DNA of 63,584 bases, filler included, from Octopus bimaculoides (GCF_001194135.2; 6 parts of 6 records of this genome joined end to end with filler, not necessarily neighbours in it); one strand, 5' to 3'. Shown: positions 38,621 through 53,624, counted from the first letter of the whole stretch. Notes: generated by a model not told the origin, from the letters alone. Translations and numbers: made by a program.

Positions 38621-39637
38621 GGCTGGTCTATCTCAGATACATGGGAAGCTGGATTAATTTTTTCATCAACACAGGAGAGCCGAAATAAATTTTTTCAATG
38701 TCCAAGGGAAGCCAAATCGCGAAAAAGGTTGAGAAATGCTGATCTATAACGATGGTTTTTATTTAGGCACATCGTAAAAGTAATTATACTGAATTGCTTA
38801 ATATAAAGAGAAGTATGTTTTTTCAAGCAAATACAGTTATAAAAAATATTTACCACCAGGAGAAAGAAACAAAAATGAAATAACACGTGTCAATTTTTCT
38901 TTCTAAAAACGTTCAATGACGTTAACTGTAATGTGGGGTTCGAGTAGATGTCATTCCACCATATACTTTATCATTAACATTATTTTCGTTCGATTTTATT
39001 TTTCCTCCACTTTTGTGTTTTTTTCAGTCCTTGAGCTGTTCCCTCTGTGTTTCGAACATGTGTCGTCAATAAAAAAAATTAAGTCGGCAGGTATGTATAT
39101 GTAGGTGTAGATGTGTATGCATGTGTATGTGTGTGTGTGTTTAATAACGTGCCGTATATAGTATGCGTAGTTCTGAAGTTTTAGGGATCACCCCCACCCC
39201 CCCCACACACATACATTCTCATTTATATATATACATACATANNNNNNNNNNNNNNNNNNNNNNNNNNNNNNNNNNNNNNNNNNNNNNNNNNNNNNNNNNN
39301 NNNNNNNNNNNNNNNNNNNNNNNNNNNNNNNNNNNNNNNNNNNNNNNNNNNNNNNNNNNNNNNNNNNNNNNNNNNNNNNNNNNNNNNNNNNNNNNNNNNN
39401 NNNNNNNNNNNNNNNNNNNNNNNNNNNNNNNNNNNNNNNNNNNNNNNNNNNNNNNNNNNNNNNNNNNNNNNNNNNNNNNNNNNNNNNNNNNNNNNNNNNN
39501 NNNNNNNNNNNNNNNNNNNNNNNNNNNNNNNNNNNNNNNNNNNNNNNNNNNNNNNNNNNNNNNNNNNNNNNNNNNNNNNNNNNNNNNNNNNNNNNNNNNN
39601 NNNNNNNNNNNNNNNNNNNNNNNNNNNNNNNNNNNNN

Positions 39638-39675
<38 letters not shown>

Positions 39676-40615
39676 GCGTGTGTATCTCTGTGTGTGTGTT
39701 CGCGCGTGTATAGATATATGCATTTCACGTTACATTTCAATATTTTTTCACCACTCAATTACTTTATGAATTACTGTTACTACGATAGCTTGAACTTTCA
39801 AGTTGTTGTATTGTCCATCACTCCATTGTTTTAAGACTAAACATAGTATCTATTTACATCTTTTTCAATCGCATTATTTAAATATTATAAGCTTTGCGTG
39901 ACAAATAAATTATGTTTTGGATTGCATTCCATAATGTATTAGTTGAGAGCCTTGCAAATAAATATTGTGTTTCTAATAGATTGTGGTTTTGGTTTTATTC
40001 TACGCTAAATGCTGTATCTACACTTCGTAATGTCTTGGATTTCCTTCCATACTTAAACTATATTTCGTTTAACGTGTAATATGCGGACGTTGCAGCAGAA
40101 TAAATATCGTACAGATCATTATCACCAACATTATTGTCACTATCACACGATTCATCTTCACTCTCTCCTTAATCAGAAATAATTAACGTGTTTATTAACA
40201 TCAACGCCATTACTGTTATTACAAACTTTATCAGAACTAATCATTAAGACAAAAGATATAAAGAAATAAAATTATTTTCCTAATAAATGATATCATTATC
40301 ATTATCATTATCATCATCATTAACGTTGTAAGCGTTCTGACATCAGCATCTTCACTCCTGCTAAACAGATGGTAATCATTAACTAGTTTCCACATTAGCA
40401 ACAAAATATATATAAATGCTTGTTTAATTCAGACATGTACGCAGAAGAATAGACTGAGTTGATACAACAGGTAACGTTTACATGGCTATTAAACGGAAAA
40501 AAAGTACCAGCTAGGTGGAAATGTTTATAACATTCATTTGTTCTGTCATATATCTCATCCATCCTTAATTTTAAAGTCTTAGCTGTATAATGAGAGAGGT
40601 ATCATTATCGGTCTG

Positions 40616-40679
<64 letters not shown>

Positions 40680-41197
40680 CCTATCTATCTATTTGANNNN
40701 NNNNNNNNNNNNNNNNNNNNNNNNNNNNNNNNNNNNNNNNNNNNNNNNNNNNNNNNNNNNNNNNNNNNNNNNNNNNNNNNNNNNNNNNNNNNNNNNNNNN
40801 NNNNNNNNNNNNNNNNNNNNNNNNNNNNNNNNNNNNNNNNNNNNNNNNNNNNNNNNNNNNNNNNNNNNNNNNNNNNNNNNNNNNNNNNNNNNNNNNNNNN
40901 NNNNNNNNNNNNNNNNNNNNNNNNNNNNNNNNNNNNNNNNNNNNNNNNNNNNNNNNNNNNNNNNNNNNNNNNNNNNNNNNNNNNNNNNNNNNNNNNNNNN
41001 NNNNNNNNNNNNNNNNNNNNNNNNNNNNNNNNNNNNNNNNNNNNNNNNNNNNNNTATATCGTCTTTGTTTTTCTCTAAATTTCAACAATATATCTATATA
41101 TAAATTTCTGTTTATCTGTCTGTCTATATGTTTGTCTGTCTATCTGTTTGTCTGTCTGTCTGTCTGTCTCGCTCTCTCTATCTCTATCAATCAATCA

Positions 41198-41262
<65 letters not shown>

Positions 41263-42658
41263 CCTATCTATCTATTTGATGAGTAGGAGAGACGGAAAAC
41301 AGAATATATGAGACTCTATTGATCACTGCAATTTTTGCAACACATCTGGCATATATACCGCGAAGTTGGGATTTTGAACATCTGGTTTAGGTGTATGGCT
41401 TGATCTAGATGTGTCTCCTCATGTGATTTTAATTGCTATCACGTTAAAATAAGCTCTGGTCACTTTCTTTTCGTAATTCAAAATCGCACTGAGCAATTTA
41501 GCATCCGCTTGATGTAACAAATGATGAGAACTAGTTGCATGAAGAAGAAATATGCACACTTTGTCTTATTCAATATCACTAGCTTAATCTGGAGATGGAT
41601 TGCTGTCTTCAACAACCGCTCTATTTGACTGACTCGTAGCGATTAACCGTCGGGCCGTTACTGTGCTCTTAACTCAGCGTTGACAATTCGAAATAAATCG
41701 TTAGAATCTGTATATTGTTGGCAAGCAAAATTTGTTTTAATCTTGAAAAGCAAGCTTAAGAGGATTACAAAAAAAAAAGAAAAAAAAACCTGGATGGGGT
41801 AGCAGAATTTCCTAAGCGGTTTGCATTTTATAAAAAATCTAGATGTGATGGAAAAAAATGTAATCACATTTGAAATCACCACACCGAAATTAGCTACGAA
41901 CACCTATTTGGTCTTCGGCAACAAAGTCATTATTGCGTAATGTAATTGGTGAACTTTGTGGAAACATGTTTAGATATTTACCTGCTACATCTGTGTACAC
42001 GTTGGCTTATGTACACCAGTGAAATTACCGCTCTGTAACTGAGACACCTGGCTAATTCATGTAACTACAATTGAAGAAATGAACCGACTTGCATTAATAT
42101 TGGTTAGAAATTATAGAAGTCATATGAGCTTAGATCTTAGGCGATATATTTTTGTATCAGCATTTGAAAGGATAACATATCCTTCATGTGATGATACACA
42201 ATGGGCAGACCATGACCTAATGATTGTGAGCCGAATACTGTAAATACTAAGCCACGTGCCATATATGCATTTATATATATGTTTGTGTGTGTGTGTGCAT
42301 GTGTGAGTGAAGGAGAGATTGAGAGTGCGTGTGCGTGTGTATGATACGTATGTATAATTATGCCAGTAATGTTGCTACATATTTTTCTTTACAATACCCC
42401 GAGCATATTTGCTTCCTACCAATTTCAAAGCATGTTATCTTAATCGTATCCAGAGGATGTTCCGGAATCATATTGCAATGACGTGTCGCCATGATGAACC
42501 GATGTATTTCATCGTCAGATCACTCTTAAATCATCCCTTACAGAAGTAGAAAATTGATGAAATATATGTAAAAGAGCAAATGCCATATACTGCATCCGGG
42601 GTTTATCGTCATTCTGCTACACAAGCGCGCATGCACCCATCAATCCATTCATACATAC

Positions 42659-42709
<51 letters not shown>

Positions 42710-43813
42710 TTTATATTTGTATTTATATAAATATGTTTATATATGTATATGTATATAGGCAGAGATAGCTAACGATATTATTATAATCTTATAATTAATT
42801 TTTTGCAAATTGTGATACATGTACTTTTGTATTTACATACACGCACATATTATTTATGTGTGTGTGTGTGTTTGTATTTCGCACGGATATTGTTCGTAAC
42901 ATTCTATGAGGAAAAACTTGTGTTTGCTTTTGTAATATTCTGAATTTTAATAGGATTAAAGTCAGATAGAAGGGATTCTGAGTACGATTTATATTCCCGA
43001 CTAACGGGAGATGTTAATTCGTGCTAATCCTGAAAATATAAAATAATACATTTTAAAGTACTACGTATTTTCATCATGGTGGTAAATTTACTCCACTGTT
43101 AAAGGGGCATTTAATGCGTAGAAAATCTTTCGCAGTAACCATCTTCTTTTTACTATTTTGATGTAGTATTAAAAGTTAATCACTACATGGATGGAGGTTT
43201 TCTAGGAAAGTGGGAAGACTAAAGTGAAAACTTCGCATTTCACCATTCGTATTCCACCACGTGTTGTATATCATCACGTGTAGTGGAAACGTTCGTGAAA
43301 AGTCAAACCAAAGTTCGAAATTTCCCTACTTAACATCTTTAAAAAAATTACATTCTCTCTGAAAATAAGAGGAAAAACGACGTACCTATACAATCCTTGC
43401 CTCTTTTGTTATTACGATTTGTCAAATGTCAACCACTTCGTGACGAGAATGTTTTTGTTTACAAGTAGTAGGTTTGTGTATAGCGTTAAACTAATCCCTC
43501 CGAATGCCACCATATTTTTTTTTTATATGTAAACAGAAACGGGTCTGCAGATTTCCTGGAAAGCAGTAGTTGAGTACATAATTAATTATTTAAGTATTTA
43601 ATTAACTACACGTGTCTTTATATATAAATCATTTTAGACTCAGCTTTCAATTAATTTTTCAATTAACTAAAATTTTATGAAGAGAAGTAAATTCGATTCT
43701 TTTTTTTTACGCCTATTGTCCCAAAACATAAGACTTTGCACTGATTTACCTTCTGACTTAATCTCTGATTGATTAAATTCTCAATTCCTTTCGATTTCTC
43801 TCTTTCTCTCTGT

Positions 43814-43846
<33 letters not shown>

Positions 43847-44309
43847 AAATACTCCCCTCCCGCTCTCTCTCCTTGAATATCTATCTATTGAAAATGTGTG
43901 TATATGGGAATATGGCTATAGAACTGTTATAGCTATATAATCAAAAACACATAGATCTTTATCCCCTACCCTAACTAATACCGCTTCCATCTGTGCTCGC
44001 ATAGATCTCTCTCCTTCTATATCTTTCTATTGAACATGTGCGAATATGGGATATGCCTGTAGAAAAGTTGTAGATATATACTCACATAGACATAGATATT
44101 TCTTCCCTATCCCAACTAATACCTTTCACATCTGTGCACGCATAAATCAATACAACTTACAATTCTCTTTCTTCTTCTCTCCCTATCTCACATGATCTCC
44201 ATTTTTCTCAAAATATATACTGAGACCCTTTCTCGCTCTGCACGCATAGATCAATACGACTTACGACATACTTTTTCCTCTCTCCTTATCTCAATCTTTC
44301 TCTATATAC

Positions 44310-45370
44310 AAAATGAAACGGCTGGCTAAGAATATCTCGAAACAGTTCAATGGAGACAATCAAAATATTATCATAACGGTAGCTCTAGAAAGCAATAGCT
44401 CAGATAGAGCGGAAAAAAGTCTCTAAGAACTGAAATCATCAGAACACCGGAATGTATCCAGCAAGTTAAATAGACCATTGATTACAGAATGTCCATGTGG
44501 TCAATTGCAAAACAACTCCTTGTGACAGAATGAACAATCAGAAATGTTGTCCACGAAGACATCAGATATGTCTTATATGGTGAGAAAAAGTCAATTTGTC
44601 AGATAAATCAAAATAATATCATTACATCAGATCTAACATGCTCTTAAACAAACTAGAAAATCCAGCAGAAGATTTGATTTGGTTTTTTCTCAAACGAGAA
44701 CTACTTCGACCAATATCGAAAAGTTAAAGGAAGAAATGACAGATGGTTATGTGCAGACACCTATAAAGTTCCAAGTGTTAAACATACAAAATTTCCTGCA
44801 ACTGTAATGGTTTTAGGTGTTGTCAGCAATGAACGACATGTGATGCCTCCTTACGTCTTTCCACAAGGCCTTAGAGGTAACCATGCCGCCTACATTGAAG
44901 TCTTGGAAATAAATATTAAACCTTGGATGCACAATGTAGACAATGGAAGGCCATTCCTCTTTCACTAAGACTCTGCACTATCACAAATGGCTCTAGTGAC
45001 ACAGGAATGGATAGCTGAAAATTATAATGATCACATAACCCCTAACATTTGGCCTCCTAATTCCCCAGTTCTCAATCCGTTGGACTATTACATGTGGAGC
45101 GTTGTTGAGAGAGCGGTCAATGTAAACACCAACGATTCTTTCAAAGCTGCCATAATTAATGTCCAAAATGAATTCGAGCATGTAGATGATTTGGATCTCA
45201 TATCGAAGCAGTTGTTGAAGCTGAAGGAGGCTTTATTGAATAACATTATAGAAAAGAAGGTTTATTTTTATCCTCATAGCATTTTTTGATAAATGTAGTT
45301 ATTATATGTTGTTATATATCATTTGTTTTATAAACATAAACCTGTCCTCAAATATCTTACGCGACCCCTC
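44310..45370 (+). mobile_element. Decayed DD37D (maT-type Tc1/mariner) transposon
   Basis: RNDRWLCAD, HTKFPATVMVLGVVSNE, DSA...WPPNSP.LNPLDYY; 37 residues counted between the second and third catalytic D; stops and frameshifts. Confidence 0.85.
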
Positions 45371-45799
45371 TCTTTCTGTCTGTCTGTCTGCCTGTCTGCC
45401 TGTCTCTCTCTCCATGTATAAATATATACATATAAGTATATATTTATATNNNNNNNNNNNNNNNNNNNNNNNNNNATATATATATATATACATGAATATA
45501 TGCCTATGGTTCTATTTATAGGTACATTCTGATAAATATATGTGTGGGCAAATGCGTCGATTAGTCTATAGAATATTGCACACGTGATCGTGAAATTTTG
45601 GTTACAATTCTTGGACGGAGCGGCGTGTTTTGGTCTTGAGCAAAGCATATCATTTCTCGTTGCAACGTCCTAAACTGTAAGGCACGCTCCTCCACAGTCG
45701 TCTTATGTACGAATATATAATCCATTCTACTATAGGTGCTGATGCTGAAGATCAAAGAACTAATTGATATAATTCACTGCAATGTTGAACCTGTACGTA

Positions 45800-45915
45800 T
45801 TTTGTCGATCACGAATAGATAAACCTCAAAGTCGAAAACAACGGAATTTTAACTCAAAATAGGAGGAATGCTAAGAAGCAGTGTGCGTTTACCTAACGAT
45901 TCTGCCAGCTCTCCT
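45800..45915 (-). mobile_element. SINE fragment
   Basis: caaagtcga..acggaattttaactc ... ctaacgattctgccagctc, same family as the clusters. Confidence 0.55.
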
Positions 45916-46396
45916 CCATATGTAGAAATATACTGATGTATTCGTCATAACACATCCATTACCTAAATGTATATCAGTTTAATGTTGCCCTATAAGAAAG
46001 TAGATATTGTGTCTCCATGGCAAAAAGAAATAAATATCTTCAGCTATGAATGACTTCGTCTGGGGATCAATCTGGAGCTCATTTGTTAAGAGGCATTGAT
46101 ATTTGCTTTCCATGCATACACATAAAAATATGAATACTGAAATTGATATTATACGTAAGGTAAATTCATATTCTAAAGACATTGGTATATTTTCAGAAAG
46201 TAATTTGTTTCAAAAGAAAGACAGTTCATTATAAACAGTTATCATATATACTAATTCTAAATGTTGAGTAACATATTTTTGAAACTAATTTCAAATTTAA
46301 CTACAAATTGATAATTTGTTTCAAGAAGCTATATCTTTAACTCTAATGACGCAAATTAAAAAAAATTCATATCCTTACAAATTACTCATCATCGTT

Positions 46397-46466
<70 letters not shown>

Positions 46467-46989
46467 NNNNNNNNNNNNNNNNNNNNNNNNNNNNNNNNNN
46501 NNNNNNNNNNNNNNNNNNNNNNNNNNNNNNNNNNNNNNNNNNNNNNNNNNNNNNNNNNNNNNNNNNNNNNNNNNNNNNNNNNNNNNNNNNNNNNNNNNNN
46601 NNNNNNNNNNNNNNNNNNNNNNNNNNNNNNNNNNNNNNNNNNNNNNNNNNNNNNNNNNNNNNNNNNNNNNNNNNNNNNNNNNNNNNNNNNNNNNNNNNNN
46701 NNNNNNNNNNNNNNNNNNNNNNNNNNNNNNNNNNNNNNNNNNNNNNNNNNNNNNNNNNNNNNNNNNNNNNNNNNNNNNNNNNNNNNNNNNNNNNNNNNNN
46801 NNNNNNNNNNNNNNNNNNNNNNNNNNNNNNNNNNNNNNNNNNNNNNNNNNNNNNNNNNNNNNNNNNNNNNNNNNNNNNNNNNNNNNNNNNNNNNNNNNNN
46901 NNNNNNNNNNNNNNNNNNNNNNNNNNNNNNNNNNNNNGTGCGTGTGTGTGTGTGTGTGTGTATGTGTGTGTGTGTGTGTGTGTGTATAT

Positions 46990-47480
46990 TCTCCAGAAAA
47001 GACTCCGACCTATCTCGTGACGATATTGATATCAAATTAGGCAGCTCGCTGAACTATCATGTTGTTCGATGGGCAAGCCTATGCCGCAAGGATACACCAC
47101 CCTTTTTCGACGTCTCTTTGCGGGCCTATGACTCCGCTCAAGTTACAGAGCTTGTAGGGCATTACCTACTTAACGGTCTCCTTGAACAATTCCCTAACGT
47201 CTCCAGTGGTCTACGAGGCGACGACGCTCTGTTCACAATCCAAAATTCTAGCAACCGGAAAATGGAAGAAAGTAGAAAAAGATTAAGAATTTTTTTTAAC
47301 ACCGGCTTTAGTATCTCCTTCTGTAACGACCTCAAAACCGCTAATCGCTTGGACGTAACACTAGACTTACAAAACCAAACATTTTAACCATACCACAAAC
47401 CCAGAGAAAACCTCAACTACATTAAATTCTTCTCCAGCCACTACACATCCATCCGAAAATCTATCGTGGAAAGAGTTTCC
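46990..47480 (+). mobile_element. Penelope-like element reverse-transcriptase fragment
   Basis: FDVSL.AYDSAQVTELVG.YLL, GL.GDD, LDVTLDL...PYHKP...YI...SSH match PLE RT motifs; decayed. Confidence 0.75.
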
Positions 47481-47489
47481 AACTCACTC

Positions 47490-47590
47490 ACAAGGGTTTG
47501 GTGGGTAATAAAAGAATGTCTAAAGTGCTATGAAGCGGGACTGAATCCGACACCATGTGGTTGGAAATGTAGCCTCTTACCACAGTCCCA
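47490..47590 (-). mobile_element. tRNA-derived SINE head fragment
   Basis: gcgggactgaatcc.acaccatgtggttgg...ttaccacag, same type as 22640. Confidence 0.5.
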
Positions 47591-48269
47591 ATCTGTGAGG
47601 AAAATTATTTTCAAAGAATGATGCTTTCTATAGTCAATACGTTTCTTTTTTAATCTCAACTGCCATGTGCTGACAAGCTTTGCAAGCAACATTCATTTCT
47701 ATTTTATTTCATTTGTAATCTCTATATTTTGTGAAACTATGTTGCGAGAATGCTATCTTAGAATATCAAAGTGTGTACACTTTTTTACGAAATGTGGGAG
47801 AATTTAAGAATTACCGATAAAAGTCAAAATATCTATGAAAAAAAGAAGAAAAATAATCTGCTTAACTTGTTTTCCCAACTCATTCAAATGAAATCATATA
47901 TTTTCCTAGACAGGAGGGTTTACTGTAGATTGGAAAAGAAAGCGAAATGAAAAGAGATTATCATTAGTATTTCTGCCAATTTAGATCCGCTTAATGCATA
48001 AGTCTTAATGTGACAAACAAATTCTTTGTATTGTCGTATTGGCAAAATCATTAAGTACGTTGGACAAAATAACTTAGTGTCATTTTTTAGCTTCCGGGTG
48101 CAAATCTTATTACGTCAACATAGTTTTAATCATTATACAGCAGATTAAATAATGCACCATCGAAATTTTAGGGGCGATGGATCGTTCATAAGTTTTGCAT
48201 TAAAAATCGCTGGGTTGTGCATAAATCAGCAACCAGGTTGAAGGTGCAAAATGCAGCGAGCGGGCTGAA

Positions 48270-48590
48270 TAAAAAAACACCCCGAACAAAATGCTTTACG
48301 ATGTGTCATCTCACTGTATGTTCTGAGTTCAAATTTTGCCAATGTCAGTTTTCAGGGTTCATAAATTCATTGGCGGTGAAGAACTGGGATCAATGGTTTT
48401 GGCCTGCGACAGAAATATTAGAATGGCCGCACCGAGAACCGTTATTGCTTTAGGTAAAAAGTATATTTTCGTTCATCTCTCGCCTTCTGATACCTCGATT
48501 CCAGATCGATCGAGGTGAACCTAACCTTTCGTCATTTCGCGGGTCGATAAAATAAAGTACAACTCAAGCCTTGTTGTCGATGTGAATCGC
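48270..48590 (+). mobile_element. Two degraded SINE fragments
   Basis: gttctgagttcaaatttt and ctttcgtcatttcgcgggtcgataaaataaagtac. Confidence 0.5.
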
Positions 48591-49096
48591 GTGAAAAACT
48601 GCCATCACAATGCCTGGTATACGATCACTACCGGAAACAGTTATGTCTAACAATCAGCTAAAATATACTGTAGCTGTTGTATCAAACCAAAAGTAACAAA
48701 CAGCTAGCATGTAGAGTGTTATGACGTTGCCTGCATTTGTCTCGTTTTGAAAGCATTTTGATATAGATTTGGCAAGGCCGGGTGCAAGCATGCAGGACTA
48801 TAAATTATAAAGTCTTAGACACATATGGATTGTTCTCAGTGAATTCAGCCTTTGTTCAGTGATAAGATGGATGTCTGCATGGCAAGATGTGAACCATGAA
48901 TGGTTGATATTAATTTTCTAATATATCGCAGCAGTCTGGTAATATACAGCATTCTTATGTAAGTAAAATCAGGTATATTTTAGAGTGCATTGTTTCGAAT
49001 GAACTCAGAAGATAGTTTGTCCTTTCAAAGATCTTTTCGTCTAAGAAATACATGAATGGAAAATTAACACACGCACACACGCACGCACACACAAAC

Positions 49097-49133
<37 letters not shown>

Positions 49134-50312
49134 CACAAACGCACAACCGCACACATACATAAACACACACACACACACACACAAACACACAAACACAAAC
49201 ACACACACACATGCACATACACTCACAGAGATAGATAAACACGCACACACACAAACACACACACAAACACACATACCCACTGACATATATGTATATATAT
49301 ATATTTATATATACATAGAGTATGCACATGCTTGCATATATATNNNNNNNNNNNNNNNNNNNNNNNNNNNNNNNNNNNNNNNNNNNNNNNNNNNNNNNNN
49401 NNNNNNNNNNNNNNNNNNNNNNNNNNNNNNNNNNNNNNNNNNNNNNNNNNNNNNNNNNNNNNNNNNNNNNNNNNNNNNNNNNNNNNNNNNNNNNNNNNNN
49501 NNNNNNNNNNNNNNNNNNNNNNNNNNNNNNNNNNNNNNNNNNNNNNNNNNNNNNNNNNNNNNNNNNNNNNNNNNNNNNNNNNNNNNNNNNNNNNNNNNNN
49601 NNNNNNNNNNNNNNNNNNNNNNNNNNNNNNNNNNNNNNNNNNNNNNNNNNNNNNNNNNNNNNNNNNNNNNNNNNNNNNNNNNNNNNNNNNNNNNNNNNNN
49701 NNNNNNNNNNNNNNNNNNNNNNNNNNNNTATATATATATATATATATTTCTTTTGTTTCGCAAGCAATTGTATTCTTGTTTGCCAAGGTTTCTTGGTACG
49801 AATGCTAAATTATATTGTTATAATGGCAGGAAATTCCCATATTAGAACACTCCAATCTATAAATACATAAATAAATAAATAGATAAACAAATATCTATAT
49901 AAATAGATACACAAAACGAACAAGAATCAGCACAAATGCAAAATACCAATTTCTGAATTAAAACAAGAGAAAGATTTAAAAATAAAGGAAACTTAATATA
50001 GATTTGATTATTTTAGCAAACCATTATATAAAGGAAACGTTACATGTTGTATTGTTAAACGAATTCGTATTTTTGTTTGGTATGGCTGTTTCTGATTGAT
50101 CCCATTATGTCTTCCAAAGTCAATAATCTTTGTTTGTCGTTGTTTGAATTCGGATATATTTAATGCATCTATTGCTGTACAGATAACATGCGTTGCGTAA
50201 ATGTATTCGTATGTATACATGTATGTATGTATATGTGTATGTATAGATTTTATATATGTGGGTGTGTTTCATTGGGTGCGTGAGCGTGTATATGGGTGTT
50301 TATGCAAATGCC

Positions 50313-50359
<47 letters not shown>

Positions 50360-50784
50360 ATGTGTGTGTGTGTGTGTATATATGTACACAGAAGCATACA
50401 AATATATATTTATATATGTATGTATATATACATATATATATATGAATATATGTGTGTATATATTATGTATATATACGTATAGACATAAGCATGTATATAC
50501 AGAAGCCCACACGCCCTCTTATAACTGTGTGTGTGGGTGCATATATATATGTATATTCATATACATATATATACACATATATATATATATATATATANNN
50601 NNNNNNNNNNNNNNNNNNNNNNNNNNNNNNNNNNNNNNNNNTTAATTAATTAANNNNNNNNNNNNNNNNNNNNNNNNNNNNNNNNNNNNNNNNNNNNATA
50701 TATATATATATATATACGAAAGATATATGCATGTACATACAGAGAGTTAAATATGCTAACATGCATTTTATATATATATATGTT

Positions 50785-50824
<40 letters not shown>

Positions 50825-51333
50825 CATACATAGATAGATAGATAGATACTGAACAGAATTTATGCAAAACAAATAATATCAGCATACTAGAGGCTGAACA
50901 TGATTTCATCGACCAATCAATAAGTTGTCAAATTGTGTCCCTCATTCATAAATAAGAACGGCATTAAAAACAAGGAAAAAGAATGAGGCTGTAACAAAAG
51001 AAACCTAGAATATTGCTGTTTATTCTTTATAATTCTTATCCCCTACAACATGGTATGAGACATTAGAAATTTATTAAGTACAAGTAACAGATATGACAAA
51101 ACAATGGTAGAGATGAATTGGAATGCAAGGAACATGTACTCGGCCTTATAGTAAATTATGCCCCAAAAGTAACATTGTGTTGTGAGCCAATATAATAGCA
51201 GAGATTTCATCACGATGCCTGTGCATCATACAAATGTAAAATTACCAAGAAATGTCTTTGAAGAACCCAACAATTCATTCAACTATATATTACTCAAAAT
51301 GATTGTTTTCCAGAATGTGAGATTTCATTTATA

Positions 51334-51635
51334 TAGGGTGTTCAAAAGGTCTCTCCGCAGTGATCTTTTTTTCTCCAAGATGTATTTCAAAACATGTGTA
51401 GAAGAGTCAAATTAAGTATTGAAAATGAAGAACGACACTTTCAAGACCTCTTATATTTTTNNNNNNNNNNACTTAAGTATTGAAAATGAAGAACGACACT
51501 TTCAAGACCTCTTATAATTTTTTTTTTTTTGATGTCTTGTAAATTCTAATGTATTCTTTTGTAGTCGTATACCCTCTTATAAATATTTACTTTGCAATAA
51601 AATACTTACTGCGGAGAGACGTTTTGAACACACTG
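51334..51635. mobile_element. Tc1/mariner-type MITE
   Basis: TIR ag(g/t)gtgttcaaaa(g/c)gtctctccgcagt at both ends, TA on both flanks. Confidence 0.8.
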
Positions 51636-51730
51636 TATAACTAAGAATTTGTTGTGAGTGATGTTATAATTTTAACAATGATAATAATTATGTTCAGAAG
51701 TCAAAAATATTTCAATATCAATATTTAGAC

Positions 51731-52067
51731 CAGTGGTTCTCAACAGGGGTCCATATGTCCCCTGAGGGCCCATATAAGATTTGTCGGGTTCATACAATAA
51801 AATAGTAAATTGGGGATCCACAAAAGTATTTTAAGAACCCCTAAAAATAATTTGCTCGGGATGTATTGCAAGAAACATTTACGTTTGTTTCTCTCACATT
51901 TTACATAGTTCAACCTACACAAGTTGATGTGTGCAAAACAAAATGGTAATTTTGAAAGAAATTTCTATAAAACTAGTTTTTAAACATGGCATGGTTAAAC
52001 ACTAGAATAAAAAAAAAAGTAACCAAAGGAGCCCATAAGTAAAAAAAAAAATGGTTGAGAGCCCCTG
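51731..52067. mobile_element. hAT-type MITE
   Basis: TIR cagtggttctcaac / gttgagagcccctg; 8-bp flanks atttagac and atcgagac (6/8 identical, TSD-like). Confidence 0.75.
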
Positions 52068-53624
52068 ATCGAGACAGCTGCCTTTTATATGATAAAACGT
52101 GATGCCCAATATTAATCAAGAGAGAACATCACTCTTTATTCCTTCATTTAACAACACAGTCTTAATTCCACAAATTCCTTGTCTACTTAGCTGCTTAGGT
52201 TAGATGACGTCAGGGGTTTTATACTGATAACTCACTGAGACAATATTTCAAACCGATGGGTATGACATTTTTCCTAGATATTTTCTATCGCATCAAATTG
52301 TGCGTGTACCTTATTTAAATATTAACTGATGATTGAATCGCATTTTTTCTTTTAACAAATAGAACCATCATCACTGAAATAGTATTTTTTCGAGAGAACT
52401 TTCAATAAATAGCAATACGGTATCTCCACAATAAAGAGAACAGTATGACTTCAATTACTGTGATACGAGTGAATAAACCCTTTTTAACCTTCTAAATTAC
52501 TTCTTGTTTCGTGATAATTTATTTCCTACAAACAACTATTTATCATTTCAATCACTTGCTTTGTTATAACCTCCAGAATATCCCTTTGTCCTCATCAAAG
52601 TTAAATAAAATCTGTAGTTTAAGCAATTCCTTTGCGTTTCACAGCGAGGCCAAATATATCATCAAAATGTCCAGAAAAAATTATGTGTTCTGCATTATTG
52701 ATTCAGTGAATAACTAAAGCATCAACGTTGTCAATACATTCAGTTTCATGCGAATTAGCTTCACTAGTTTGGATTTGTCCAAAATAGTAAAATAGTATAC
52801 AAGTAATTTTATGTAAATAACGTTTTCCGTGAAGCTCTGAACGGGCATTGGGTATTCTTTCTCTGAGAAAGTTCCAAGCTTAGAAGCTTGGCAGCAACAT
52901 CTGGCAGTATCACTTCCTCTACGGCACTTGATCAGCACTGATGTTGCCAAAGAATAGGAATCTTATTTTGACACATTTGTGTAACATTTTTCTAATTCTC
53001 ATGTTCGAGTAATCACCACATCATCTCAGGCAACGATCCCAGTTTTCCGGCAAATATTTTATATTATTAATTTCTAACGGTTTCATGTTTGCGCACGGTT
53101 TTTCTCTTATACATATGTCTCTATCATACATATATCTCTATTATACCTATGTGGATGCATGTGCTGTTTCTCTCTACTTTTAACGAGTCACTACGAATCA
53201 CTGTCTTGTTATCTTCCTACTGTTACCTGTCGCTAGATATAAAATCGTTCATCTATCTATAAACCATCTCATTCATCTTACACTGACGTCCATGCGCATA
53301 ACAACCTTTGCACCTAACGCATGTCCTCTATATTTTTCATACATTAAGCCCTTTCCTATACGTCTTCTCTCCATATTTCTCTTACACGGTACGAACTACT
53401 TAAGAATTAATCCAAACAAGTCTGGATGATCTAGGCGTTGTTCTTTTGCTGTTTTGATGTATCGAACATGCTATCGCCAGCACAACTCAGAATTTTAAAG
53501 TTGAACTTTCATTTCGCTACTTACTCTTATTTACTGTAAAATCATCACTTTGACAGTATATGTAAAAACACAGTTGACGACTAAGTATTATCTGTTCTCA
53601 CTACATTTGCTGCTGCACTAGTGT

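Noticed and set aside
40433-40470. Exon-like segment with good AG and CAG|GTaacg sites
   Set aside because: Stop codons in all three frames; at most a non-coding exon, with no support.
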